Below are positions 23,645 through 35,880 of a stretch of 64,000 nt of DNA, piece by piece. A model generated the notes under the pieces. The model was not told where the DNA came from, made no database searches, and saw nothing but the letters and a program-made list of their open reading frames with translations. The number at the start of each line of letters is the position of its first letter. Positions within the stretch are counted from its first letter, which is position 1. Both the position numbers and the translations under genes were made by a program. Source of the stretch: Dendrobates tinctorius (taxonomy: Eukaryota). The stretch is from NCBI RefSeq assembly GCF_039654945.1, contig NW_027361863.1:1612001-1676000 (forward strand). Direction: 5' to 3'.

Positions 23645-25935
23645 ATCCAGCTTTCCCTTGTTATTAGGTTTCGGTTGGTGGATGAAGTCCCCGTAACCTA
23701 ATATTTACTGCAACATGAGCCCCACAAAGGGCCAATGTAATGTCTCCCCCACCAGCCGAAATCCCCGGCACATTGGGCAGCATTGCAGATTGAATGAAGC
23801 ACTATATTTTTCATCATTAGATGAACACAGCTGCTATTACAGCCCCTGCAATGGATGTCACCCAGCTTTTCCAGACACCTGAATGGCCAATCTGCTTACT
23901 TTGCAGTTATACACCCATAGATTGTATGATAAAGAGGATTTACTAATCAGGAGTCTGGGAAAGCTGGATGTCAGCAACTAAAGTTCTCCACTGCAATCTC
24001 TAAATAATGTCAACCATCTTTCTATAACTCCTGAATGGCAATTTTGCATTAGTAATGAATTAATAGATCTTATATTGATGCCTAGTGTGGCAAATTTGAC
24101 ATTTTAAGAGCCTGGAAAAGCTAAATGTTGACCAACTAAGTCCTCATTTATAAACCCTCAAGCGCTATCATTCTTCTTTCCTGGACTCCTGAATGGTGAA
24201 TCATCCTTTGATCATTTCCTCACTATATAATAAGACACATCTGACATCTGGGAGTCTGGAAAAGCTGAATGTCAACCATTAAAGGGTCTCTATTACAGGC
24301 CCACACATGCTGTTACTCATCTTTCCAAGATTCCTGAATGGCAGAGCAGCTTATTTTGTAGCAAAGCATTCCTGGGTAGTAGATTTATAATTCAGGGGTT
24401 TGAGTAAAATGGGTGTCAACGTCTAAAATTTTCCATTACAATCCCACACATGCTGTAATTCATCTTTCCCAGACTCCTGAACAGCAAATCTGTTTTGTAT
24501 TAATGCATAATTAACTTGTGTATTTATTTGTGCTAAGGGAGATTTGACATCCAGGAGTCTAGAAAAGCTGGATGTCATCCACTTAAAATCTCCATCACAA
24601 TCCTTCAGGTGCCGTGATTCAATTTTCCAAGATTCTTGAATCTAAAATGTTGCTGTTGTTTTAGTAATACACCGCTAGGTAGTAGATTTGCCTTTCAGAA
24701 ATCTGATAAAGCTGGATATCAACCTCTAAAATTCTCCATTACAATCCCACAACTACTGTTACTAAGCTTTCCCAGATTCCTGAATGATAAATTATCCTAT
24801 TTTGTAGTAATCAGTAATGCATCCATGCTGATTTATAATAAGGCAAATTTGACATCTGTGAGTGTCGGAAAGCTGGATTTCAACCCTCAAAGTTCTCCAT
24901 TTCAATCAAACAGGTGCTGTTAATTCATCTTTCCCAGATTCCTGAGTAGCAAATATACTTATTTTGTAGTAATAAATAACATTTGTTCTTGACACGCATT
25001 GTACCCGGGACGCCGGAAGTGACGGCCCGGCATTGGAAGTCCCGCCGTCATGCTCGCGACTGGGGATTCCTTCATGTTATGGGATATATAATGATCCCAT
25101 TGAGCACAAGATCACATTGCCCCCCGAGGAAGCGAAACGTGCGTCGGTGCCTCGGTGCGACACACAGGCATTTTTGAACATGGTTAAGATGGTTTGGTTC
25201 AATCTCATGTGAGCACTGGCTGTTGTTTTTTCTAATTTTATTTTTTCTTTGCCGCAATACATGTGTCTCTGGCAATATACTAAGGAACATTACTCTGTCA
25301 TTTTGGCAATATGAGGTGTGCATACTTATTCCTATACTTGCCTTTGTTTACTCGCTAATTGTACATCTGCGGTTTGATTGCCCCTTTAAACACCTCTTTT
25401 CCTGTTCATTTGTGATTTGGGAGCCTCACACATGTAATACTATCACGTTGTGATGCTCTGTGTCCTAATTACCTTATGCCTGTGTGGTCGCACCATGGTT
25501 GTATTGTTGTCCATCTGGTTTTTATTAGTTTTTGTACATAAGGTGTGGAGCATCTTCTATGTATATTTCTATGCCCTGTTTTGGTGAATTTAATTAAAGG
25601 CTTTTTATACTTTGGTACAAGCAGGGGTAAGTTTGACTTTACTTATACACACACCTCTTTTTGATTCTATTCTAGGGATCTAAGCGCCCAAAGGTTCTTT
25701 ATTGCTATTCATGACTCATGGAGAGTATCCCTGGGTAGTAATTTTTACATCCGGGAGTCTGAGAAAGCTGGATGTCAACCACAAAAAGTTTTCCATACAT
25801 TTGCTGTCACCCTTCTTTTCCAGACCCCTGATACGTAAATCTGTCGATATTTGTTGTAATGCTTCCCTGGGTAGCATATTACTGTAGAATAAGGCAGATT
25901 TGACATTTGGTAGTCTGGGAAAGCTGAGTGGCAAC
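23645..25935. repeat. Old degenerate tandem array of about 150-bp units, each with an internal inverted repeat
   Basis: recurring GGAGTCTGGGAAAGCTGGATGTCA ... CATCTTTCCCAGACTCCTGAA; interrupted at about 24980-25720. Confidence 0.75.
24983..25700 (+). mobile_element. Probable Penelope-like element (pLTR) fragment
   Basis: unrelated block inserted in the array; hammerhead-like CCCCGAGGAAGCGAAACGTGCGTCGG at 25121-25147; T-rich 3' part. Confidence 0.45.
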
Positions 25936-26398
25936 TGCTAAAGATCTCTAATGCTAGCGACTGCAGCAGTGGAAGTTTAGTATTACTTGATGACAGTTTT
26001 GCTCCTAACTGGAAAACCCCTTTAGCTTATTTTTCACTAAGGGGTTGCCCAGAATTATAAGAAACATGTCTTTCTTTCAAATACAGCGCCACACTTGCCA
26101 ACAGGTTGTGAGCGGTATCACCTCCCCATTCACGTCATTGGATCTGAGTTGCAATACCAAACTCAACCCACGTGAGCCACCGCTTTATGGAAAGAAAGCT
26201 GCCATGTTTATTCTCTAGTGGCTGAAGAAAACCGTAATAAATAAAAAAAAATATTAAACCAGTGCATTTAATTTTGCATTCAAAATAATTGCTTATTCAA
26301 TCAATAATTATTAATACAAACTTAAAAATTATAGTACCTTCTCTTTAATATGGATCCTATTCTAGTGACTTTTACAGATTTGTAGATATATATGTATA

Positions 26399-28888
26399 CT
26401 AGCTGAAGAGCCCGGCGCTGCCCGGGCATAGTAACTAACTGTGGTTAGTTATAACAAATTATAATTATCCTCCATCCCATAGTCCCATGCCCATATACCC
26501 ATCATACATATCCGCCATCTCATAGGCCCGTGCCCATATACCCATCATACATATCTACCATCCCATAGTCCTGTGCCCATATACCCATAATACATATCCT
26601 CCATCCCATAGTCCTGTGCCCATATACCCATCATACATATCCTCCATCCCATAGTCCTGTGCCCATATACCCATAATACATATCCTCCATCCCATAGTCG
26701 AGTGTCCATATACCCATCATACATATCCTCCATCCCATAGTAGAGTGCCCATATACCCATCACACATCCTCCATCCCATAGGCCCGTTCCCATATACCCA
26801 TCATACATATCCTCCATCCCATAGTAGAGTGCCCATATACCCATCACACATCCTCCATCCCATAGGCCCGTTCCCATATACCCATCATACATATCCTCCA
26901 TCCCATAGTCCTGTGCCCATATACCCATCATACATATCCTCCATCCCATAGTCCCATGCCCATATACCCATCATACATATCCTCCATCCCATAGTCCAGT
27001 GCCCATATACCCATCACACATCCTCCATCCCATAGTCCCGTGCCCATATACCCATCATACATATTCGCCATCCCATAGTCGAGTGCCCATATACCCATCA
27101 TACATATCCTCCATCCCATAGTCCCATGCCCATAGCTGAAGAGCCCGGCACTGCCCGGGCATAGTAACTAACTGTGGTTAGTTATAACAAATTATAATTA
27201 TCCTCCATCCCATAGTCCCATGCCCATATACCCATCATACATATCCTCCATCCCATAGTCCAGTGCCCATATACCCATCACACATCCTCCATCCCATAGT
27301 CCCGTGCCCATATACCCATCATACATATTCGCCATCCCATAGTCGAGTGCCCATAGCTGAAGAGCCCGGCACTGCCCGGGCATAGTAACTAACTGTGGTT
27401 AGTTATAACAAATTATAATTATCCTCCATCCCATAGTCCTGTGCCCATATACCCATCATACATATTCTTCATCCCATAGTCCCATGCCCATATACCCGTC
27501 ATACATATCCACCATCCCATAGTCCAGTGCCCATATACCCATCATACATATCCTCCATCCCATAGTCCAGTGCCCATATACCCATCACACATCCTCCATC
27601 CCATAGTCCCGTGCCCATATACCCATCATACATATTCGCCATCCCATAGTCGAGTGCCCATATACCCATCATACATATTCGCCATCCCATAGTCCCATGC
27701 CCATAGCTGAAGAGCCCGGCGCTGCCCGGGCATAGTAACTAACTGTGGTTAGTTATAACAAATTATAATTATCCTCCATCCCATAGTCCTGTGCCCATAT
27801 ACCCATCAGACATATTCTTCATCCCATAGTCCCATGCCCATATACCCGTCATACATATCCACCATCCCATAGTCCAGTGCCCATATACCCATCATACATA
27901 TCCTCCATCCCATAGTCCCATGCCCATATACCCGTCATACATATCCACCATCCCATAGTCCAGTGCCCATATACCCATCATACATATCCTCCATCCCATA
28001 GTCCCATGCCCATATACCCATCATACATATTCTTTGTCCCATGCCCATATACCCATCATACATATCCACCATCCCATAGGCCCGTGCCCATATACCCATC
28101 ACACATCCTCCATCCCATAGTGCCGTGCCCATATACCCATCACACATCCTCCATCCCATAGTCCCGTGCCCATATACATATCCGCCATCCCATAGTCCCG
28201 TGCCCATATACCCGTCATACACATCCTCCATCCCATAGTCCCGTGCCCATATACCCATCATACATATCCGCCATCCCATAGTCCCGTGCCCATATACCCA
28301 TCACACATCCTCCATCCCATAGTCCCGTGCCCATATACCCATCATACATATCCGCCATCCCATAGTCCCGTGCCCATATACCCATCACACATCCTCCATC
28401 CCATAGTCCCGTGCCTATATACATATCCGCCATCCCATAGTCCCGTTCCCATATACCCATCACACATCCTCCATCCCATAGTCAACCATTATGACATCAT
28501 AATGAGCGGCGGGGCTTGCAACCTATGATGACATCAGCGTCGCCATGGCAACCATTATGACGACATAATGAGGGGCGGGGCTTGATACGCACACACTGTT
28601 TCCCCATTATGTAGATAGGGGCATTATGACATCATAATGAGGGGTGGGGCTTGGTACACACACACTTTTTCCCCATTATTTAGATAGGGGCAAAATTGTT
28701 TGGTAAATTGAAACGCGCGGGGTTAAAATTTCGCCTCACAACATAGCTTATGACGCTCTCGGGGTCCAGACGTGTGACTGTGCTAAATTTTGTGGCTGTA
28801 GCTGCGACGATGCGGATGCCAGTCCCGGACATACACACACACACATACATACACACATACATACACACTTTGGGCTTTATATATTAGA
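26399..28888 (-). mobile_element. Non-autonomous Helitron with an internal 41/43-bp minisatellite
   Basis: minus strand: A|TCTAATATATAAAG, then a GTAT/GT microsatellite, then 3' hairpin CCCGGGCAGCGCCGGG and CAGCTAG|T; inserted in an A-T site with no TSD. Confidence 0.85.
26467..28482. repeat. 41/43-bp minisatellite (TCCTCCATCCCATAGTCCCRTGCCCATATACCCATCATACATA) inside the Helitron
   Basis: periodicity 26581 vs 26624. Confidence 0.95.
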
Positions 28889-29003
28889 TAAATGTATATA
28901 TAGTTGTTATTCATCCAGTGCATAGGTAACGTGAATCACGTGAATTCTAAGGCTAAAATTGTGCTTTATTCCTTTTTTTTCCTTTTCTATATTTTATTGT
29001 AAG

Positions 29004-29094
29004 CTCACTCATCCTGAAAATTATGCTGGCCTCATTTTCACCAGTCCAAGAGCGGTGGAAGCTGTGAAATTATGTCTGGAAAATAGTAAAGATG
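29004..29094 (+). CDS. UROS: UROS coding exon 3 ([30 protein letters not shown])
   Basis: 91 nt; gtaag|CTC...G|gtgagt; conserved [12 protein letters not shown]. Confidence 0.96.
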
Positions 29095-29286
29095 GTGAGT
29101 CCTGAGAATACTCAGCTGTTTACATAAGAGATTAAATTAATGTGCTGTATTTAGTAGTATCTGTCAGGTGCTCATTCATTTCGTCCACGATACAGTCATT
29201 CCTGATGACCAAACTTCCGTAGTCCTTATTCTGAAATTCGGACCTCACACTGCATTCGTTGTAGTGCAGATGTGATACCCCATGAC

Positions 29287-30340
29287 TAGTGATGGGCGAA
29301 CCTCTGGATGTTCGGGTCCAGCAGGATCGACCGAGCAGGTAAAAAAGAAGTTTGGTTTGGGTACCAGAACAGTAACCAAACCCGAACACGGACCCCATTC
29401 ACTTGAACTGGTGGCCCGAACATTCAGTGTTTGCCACACTGTCATGACAGCGCAGCAAACACTGTCTCTGATCAGTGGTAAAATCATTACTGCCGGCAAG
29501 AGGGCCGCGGTTCCCATGCAATCAAATAACAGAGTGAGCCCGCAGCAGTGATCGGAGGTAAAAAGTTTACCTCCGGTCATTGGCGTCGGCTGATGGGACT
29601 ACTACTCCCATCAACCTACGCCTGCTACCACTAATGCCAGCAAGAGCAGGCAGTGGCTAGTGGGACTATTCATCAGCCGGCGCCTGCACTATAAATAAAT
29701 AATTTAAAAAAAAAAACACGTCGTAGGTTCCCCCCCATTTTTGACAACATGCCAAGCTAAAGCAGACTAAAAATAGCAGCCCACAGCCACCCAGAAAAGG
29801 AACATCTATTAGATGTGCTAATTCTGGCTCTTTGCACCCCTCTTCCCAGGTGCCCTGTAGCGGTGGCAAGTGGAGTTCATATTTGTGGGGTTGATGTCAC
29901 CTTTGTGTTGTCTGGTGACTTCCAACCCAAGGCCTGGTAATGGATAAGCTTCTGAGACATCTATCCATTACTAATCCTATAGTTATATGGTAAATAAAGA
30001 CACAGCCAGAATCAAGTCTTTTATTTGAAATAAAAACAAAACACACTTTTACTTTTTTATTTAAAAATCACAAACAGTTATACTCACCTAACGCCCATTC
30101 CATTGAAGCCATGGCCACCTGTAATAAATAGAAAATAAAAAACAACAGTAACCCTCAACTCTCCATTGTTCTTTCCCATACCGTAATCCATGTCTGGGGG
30201 ATAAACAGTTTTCAACCTGGACGGTGCCAAGATGTGACCATCCATGCTGAGAACCACTGGGGAATGAGCTGCTGCGGTGATGTCATCGAGGTCATCTCCG
30301 GTCACTGAGGCTGCTTTCCCAGCCAGGTCCCTGAACTGTC
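29287..30340. mobile_element. Probable non-autonomous hAT-like element (TAGTGATG terminus), right end not identified
   Basis: TAGTGATGGGCGAAC start with subterminal CCGAAC/GTTCGG repeats. Confidence 0.45.
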
Positions 30341-30619
30341 CCAGAAATACATCAGCATTTTTAATTCCCTTGTGACCCTCTCGTTTCTAATGGATAATCA
30401 AAAAAGGATTATCAACATTTTATATTACCTGATGGAAGTGCCAACTTCTCCTCTTCCTGCTTCAATTGCTGCTGCATTTCACCAGCAAGATCTGGCACCT
30501 ACCGATTCAAGCTTTCCCAGCTACCTGTATAATTGAGAGGCGTGGTGAGCTCCATTCTTTCTCTCATCTTTAGGGAGGGAGTCTGTGTCTACATTATTAT
30601 TTGCGAGAGACTAGGAGGG

Positions 30620-30877
30620 TCACTCAAAGCAAGGATCACAAAACTACAACTTGCCCACTTTGGACACATCATGAAATGGAGCATTCACTGCAGAAGGACA
30701 TCATGGTCAGAAGAATAGAAGGAACAAGGCGAAGAGGAAGACCAGCAACTCGATGGCATGATACTATTAAAATAACATCTGGTAGACTTAAATAGGCTTT
30801 CACAAGATCGTTCTTCTGCAGGTCATTCATTCATCAAGTCACCATGGCTCTGGATTGAATAAAAAAAAGAAAAAAAG
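30620..30877 (+). mobile_element. RTE-clade LINE 3' fragment
   Basis: frameshifted SLKARITKLQLAHFGHIM / SLQKDIMVRRIEGTRRRGRPATRWHDTIK, the typical RTE C-terminus; A-rich end. Confidence 0.8.
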
Positions 30878-30904
30878 GAGGCAGCACTGTATGTGCCAAC
30901 TTAA

Positions 30905-31456
30905 AGGGAACCTGTCAGCTGTTTTGGCCGCTATAAGATGCGACCATGGCCTTTCAGGGCTTATCAGATAAGCCCCCTATCCGACCTGAAAGATAAGTAA
31001 AATAAGTTTAATTATACTCACCCGGGGGCGGTCCAATGCGGTCTGGTCCAATGGATGTCGCCGGTCTGGGGCCTCCCATTTTCTTGCGATTCCGCCCTCC
31101 TGCTTGCTTCATGGCTCCCCGGCATCACGCTTCTGTGCATGCGTACTTATCATCCCTGTTGAGGGCAGAGCAAATTCCTACAATGCGCCAATGCTGGGCC
31201 TCTCCGACCTTTCCTGGCATCTGCACACTGCAGTACTTTGCTCTGCCCTCAACAGGGCAGATAAGTACGCCTGCACAGGAGCGCGATGCCGGGGAGCCAT
31301 GAAGCAAGCAGGGGGCGGCGATCATAAGAAGATGGGAGGCGCCGGACCTGCGACACCCATCGGACCGGACCCCCAACGGGTGAGTATAATAAAACTTATT
31401 TTTCTTATCTTGCAGGTCGGAAAGGCAGTGGCCAAAATCTCATATCGGCCAAACCT
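30905..31456. mobile_element. Palindromic T2/Kolobok-like MITE
   Basis: TTAA|AGGGAACCTGTCA...CCT|TTAA; long internal inverted repeat. Confidence 0.8.
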
Positions 31457-31510
31457 TTAAGTTCTTGCTAGAGACAGGTAGGCAGTACTATCTGTGCCTA
31501 TGTTTATAAA

Positions 31511-31543
<33 letters not shown>

Positions 31544-33314
31544 CAGTAATGTAATACTGTTAAAATCTACATATATGTATTTTTTTTAGTCAAAAGCAAA
31601 GAGGCAGTACTATGTGCGCCTACCATGTTTATAGAGAGGAAAAGGAACTGGTAGGCAGCACTATCTGTGCCTCCATAAGTTATAGGCAAAGTGGGGATAC
31701 AATTTTGTCAGCAAATTTTTATAGAAGATTGGGGAGGCAGGAATATCTGTGCCTACATAATTTTCTGGGCAAAAGCGCCTTCTACATCCCCCCTCTGCTT
31801 GTCACATTGCACCCCCCCCCAGGCCGTTGTAAGTGCACATCCTTCTATATGAAGTATATATTATTCTACAACAGGTGACGCTGTTCAGATGCTGGAGGAA
31901 GGAGTGAGGTGTAATACCGAGAAGAAATCGTCTCTGTAACTGCGCCTGGTATAATAGAGCTTCTTCCTCATCTGCCCGTCTCTCGTCTGCTTCCTCCCTC
32001 GGCTGGCGCTTGTTTACATGATCAGCATGGTTTCATCGGGGATTGATGCCATCTGTTTAAATACATGGGGTATGTTTCCAGTAGTAGGCAATTACCCTGT
32101 GTTGTAAATCAAGTCAATCTAAGAACACTCTCTCCATACTTGAGTTTTTTTTTTTTCCTTTTGTGTTTCAGTCACTTTAGCTAAGGACCTTTTTTTAATT
32201 GACCGTGTTAATTCGACGTTCTTTAAGTACCTCCGGCACTTTGCTGGCATTTTATCCCGACGCTTGGTAATAGCCGAGTGCCAGAGCTCTCTAAGGAATA
32301 AATAAGTTTATCACCCTACAAGATTAGTGTGTATTCCCAAATAATGGATTTTAGGTTTTTTTTTTATGGTATACACCCACACGTGGCATTTGTGCAGTTT
32401 TTTGTTCCACTTTATATCAGCGGGAACAATGTTAAGTACGTTGCACACGTTTTCGATGTATTTTTGACACATATTGATGAGTTTTTCATAGCGGTTTCCT
32501 AAGTGCCGCTCTCTCGCTCTTCCTTCTCTCGATGCAGTATTCTTAAAAAAATATGAAAACTTTCAACTATTTTTTACGGCAGTTTTTAAGATGATCATTG
32601 ATCTCAGTGGGTAAAAGATGCAACAAAACCGCTAAAAGAATTCACGAGCTGCGTCTTGAAACGCAAGGAAAAAAATACGCAACATGGGCTTGAGATTTTA
32701 GAAATCTCCGTTTTGCCGCTCCTGTAAAAGACTGGGTTTATTTTACGACGGAAAGTACGTGTAGAAAAAAAAAAGCATCACATGCACTGTGTGAACAAGT
32801 CCTAAAGGATCTTGTGATGTCGTAGATAGATGAAGGCTAATCCAGGAAGCCTGGGACTGACACTGAACCTTCAGAGCTTTATACAACTTAAAGGGGTCAT
32901 CCTGTAACCAGTGCTTATAGATAAGTGTCTGATCGTTGAGGGTCCTACCAAGCATCGAGATAGCCGAGCGCTGTAAGTCGCCATCTTTGTCAGTTGTATA
33001 ATCTTTGAATAGAGCGGTATGTGTTCAGATGCCAATCTAGGGAAATGGGAGAACATGAGATCACATTTTAGCGATTGGTGGGTGTCCCGGTGATCAGACT
33101 TCCAGCGATCATATCATTATTCCCTATTCTGTGAAACGGCAGATCTGGCCATGGCTTGCCCGGCTTTAGCTGGAAACTGGTTTGACTTGTTCAACCCTGG
33201 ACAGTCATCAGGAAAGCCACATCTGGCAAGACCTTTCTCTTCCAAGAGAATAACATTAGATGGGTTGGCCATGTCTGCCATTTTTAGAACTGTTTGCTCA
33301 GGCTTTATAGTTAG

Positions 33315-33513
33315 ATCATAGGAATTATAGAATTTTGGAGTTGGAAGGGACCTTCAGGGTCATCGTGTCCAACCCCCTGCTCAATGCAGGATTCATTAAA
33401 CCATCTCAGACAGATGTCTGTCCAGCCTCTGTTTGAAGACTTCCATTAAAGGAGAACTCGCCACCTCTCGTGGCAGCCTGTTCCACTCATTAATCACCCT
33501 CACTATCAAAAAG
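33315..33513 (-). mobile_element. CR1 3' fragment
   Basis: homologous to 2546-2740. Confidence 0.9.
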
Positions 33514-34333
33514 GGTCCTGATATCCATATATCTTACCAGACACAAGACCCTTCATTTCTAACCCCTTTAACTCCTGGAAAATCAACTCCACTTAATAAA
33601 AAAAAAAAATCACCATTAGATTTGTTATGTGAGATTTCCTGGTAATGCCAAAGGCACCATGGCAGTTCAAAATTCTAGAGTTCGCCATGTATCCATGGTG
33701 TCACAAAGCGTTGTTTCAAGATTGTAACTTGGATTGATGATTATTTATTGATGGTTGTAAGTGGGCAACCTAATGATCGTTGGGGCAACGCAGAGCCCTA
33801 TTCTGAGGATCTGTGGGGATCCCGGCGTTCGGATCTCCAAGATATCCCCTGACCGCAAGTAGAGATTCTGAAAACCGTGATGTAATCAACCCCAACGTGA
33901 AATGAGATCGCTTTTATTTGTTATTACATGATAAAGAAAGCAATGTAGCCAAAAGGAGAAGACTAGGAACTGGGTTTAAAGGCATATTCCCACTTTTAGA
34001 AAATTAGGGCAAAATCCACAGGATATAACCGTCCCAGCTCTGGGGTGGAACAGAGATCCTCGGACCACCGTCTGGCTTGGAGAGGTGGTCTCTGGTGTGA
34101 GGTGACTGAAGAATAACTTCCTGCATGAGAAAGAAGTCTAACTCTCAGAAGTAGCTAATTTCTGACCCCTTATTTAGATATTCAGACGAATATCGATAGG
34201 AAAAGGGCAGCTGTTTCGGGATTCCTGTTGTTTCCCTGTATAACTCGCACTGAATCTGGACCCCATTGACTTTTACGGGGTTCCTGTAAAGTTTTCTGTA
34301 TTTTTGACCGTGAGAATATGATGGCATTTATGC

Positions 34334-34549
34334 AATCATAGAATCGTAGAGTTGGAAGGGACCTCCTGGGCCATCTGGTCCAACCCCCTGCTCAAAGCAG
34401 GATTCGCTAAATCATCCCAGTCAGATGTCTGTCCAGCCTCTGTTTGAAGACGTCCATTGAAGGAGAACTCACCACTTCTCGTGGCAGCTTGTTCCACTCA
34501 TTGATCACTCTAACTGTCAAAAAGTTTTTTCTAATATCTAATCTGTGTC
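34334..34549 (-). mobile_element. CR1 3' fragment
   Basis: near-identical to 2551-2762. Confidence 0.92.
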
Positions 34550-35646
34550 AAACCAAGAAGCGTGAAGTAACCCTCGATGGACTCCTTAACGCCAGTGTGA
34601 ACAGAGCCTTACCGGATGTGCACAGTGTTGAGCAGCGTGCTCCATAAACGCTCCACATCACAAACTACTCCCTCCGTGTTTTGCGTTGCATGACGTCGCC
34701 ACAATAGATATTAAGAAAGCCGCCCTGCTCACAAACTCCATTGTCCGCAGCCGTGCTGGGCCGTCTATACATGATGACATTCCCCAGTAATCCCGGCACG
34801 TCAATTCCTAATTAAATAAAGATAATAGCATTTTGTTTTCAATTATAATGTCCCACTCCTAGAATTATTGTAAATTAACCTCCTTGGAAATTGTAATATT
34901 GCAGTCTCATTTAGGGTTTTAATTAGGCTTTTTTTTTTTTTTTAAGCTGAAAAATCGCTCTCCATGAAATCTTTAATCATTACTAATATGTAGTGCAGGG
35001 TTATTACAGCCTTTTTTTATTTTGCAGAAAACTAGCCGCTGGCATTTATTTGCCCTCTTCATACTTTCTAGTTCCTTGTTATAAAGCCATGGAAGCATAA
35101 ACTCTACAAACAGGAGACAAGACTTGGGCGATTAAATGAAGCAATAGGCGAATAAATATATTAACATGATGAACTAGGGACGATAATGGAGCGAAAAGTT
35201 GGTATGGGGGTCTACTATTAGCCAGCTGCTATACAAGAGGATCTTTTCATCTGGGAACAGGTCATCTATGGAAAAAACCTAAGGAACGGACAAAGAAAAT
35301 AGTAGTCAGCTGCAATGTAATGGCCTACACTGGGAACCACGCTGATTGCTGCAATGCCCTTGATTCTTCCTTGGCCGGCAGGAGTAAAATGGAGTATCTC
35401 CCATGCCCAGGAGGAGCGCACTGTAGTGCCCCCTCCTTCGTTCGTCACCGGTCCCAGCACTACGTCCATGGGAGGTTATATGAAGCATCAGGCCACGCAT
35501 GCGTCCCACCGCTCCATCTTAGTCCATGGTACTGATAAAAATAGTTCCATTTTACGCCAAACCAGGAGGGAGAGAGGTGCTGAGGACCTCATCCTGGTGA
35601 TCCCTAAGACCCACACCAATCTAACCGTTCTCGCCTATCAAGGGGA

Positions 35647-35880
35647 TAGCACTGCAGCCTTGCAGCGCTGGGGTTCTGGGTTCGAATTACACCAAGGACA
35701 ACATCTGCAAGGAGTTTGTATGTTCTCCCCGTGTTTGCATGCGTTTCCTCCGGGCACTCCGGTTTCCTCCCACATTCCAAAGACATACTGATAGAGAATT
35801 TAGATTGTGAGCCACATCGGGGACAGTAAAGCGCTGCGGAATATGTTGGCGCTATATAAAAATAAAGATTATTATTATTA
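35647..35880 (+). mobile_element. V-SINE (tRNA-derived, L2-like tail), 5'-truncated
   Basis: B-box GGTTCGAAT; V-domain GGAGTTTGTATGTTCTCCCCGTG...CTCCGGTTTCCTCCCACA; tail AAAGCGCTGCGGAATATGTTGGCGCTATAT then (ATT)n. Confidence 0.85.

Noticed and set aside
26467-28482. Common origin of the two 43-bp minisatellites (611-4128 and the Helitron array)
   Set aside because: Only a short ATGGG.A.ATGG.CAT resemblance; the rest of the units do not align, so the equal length is probably coincidental
26545-28528. Gly/Met/Tyr-rich and Pro/His-rich ORFs
   Set aside because: Translations of the Helitron minisatellite
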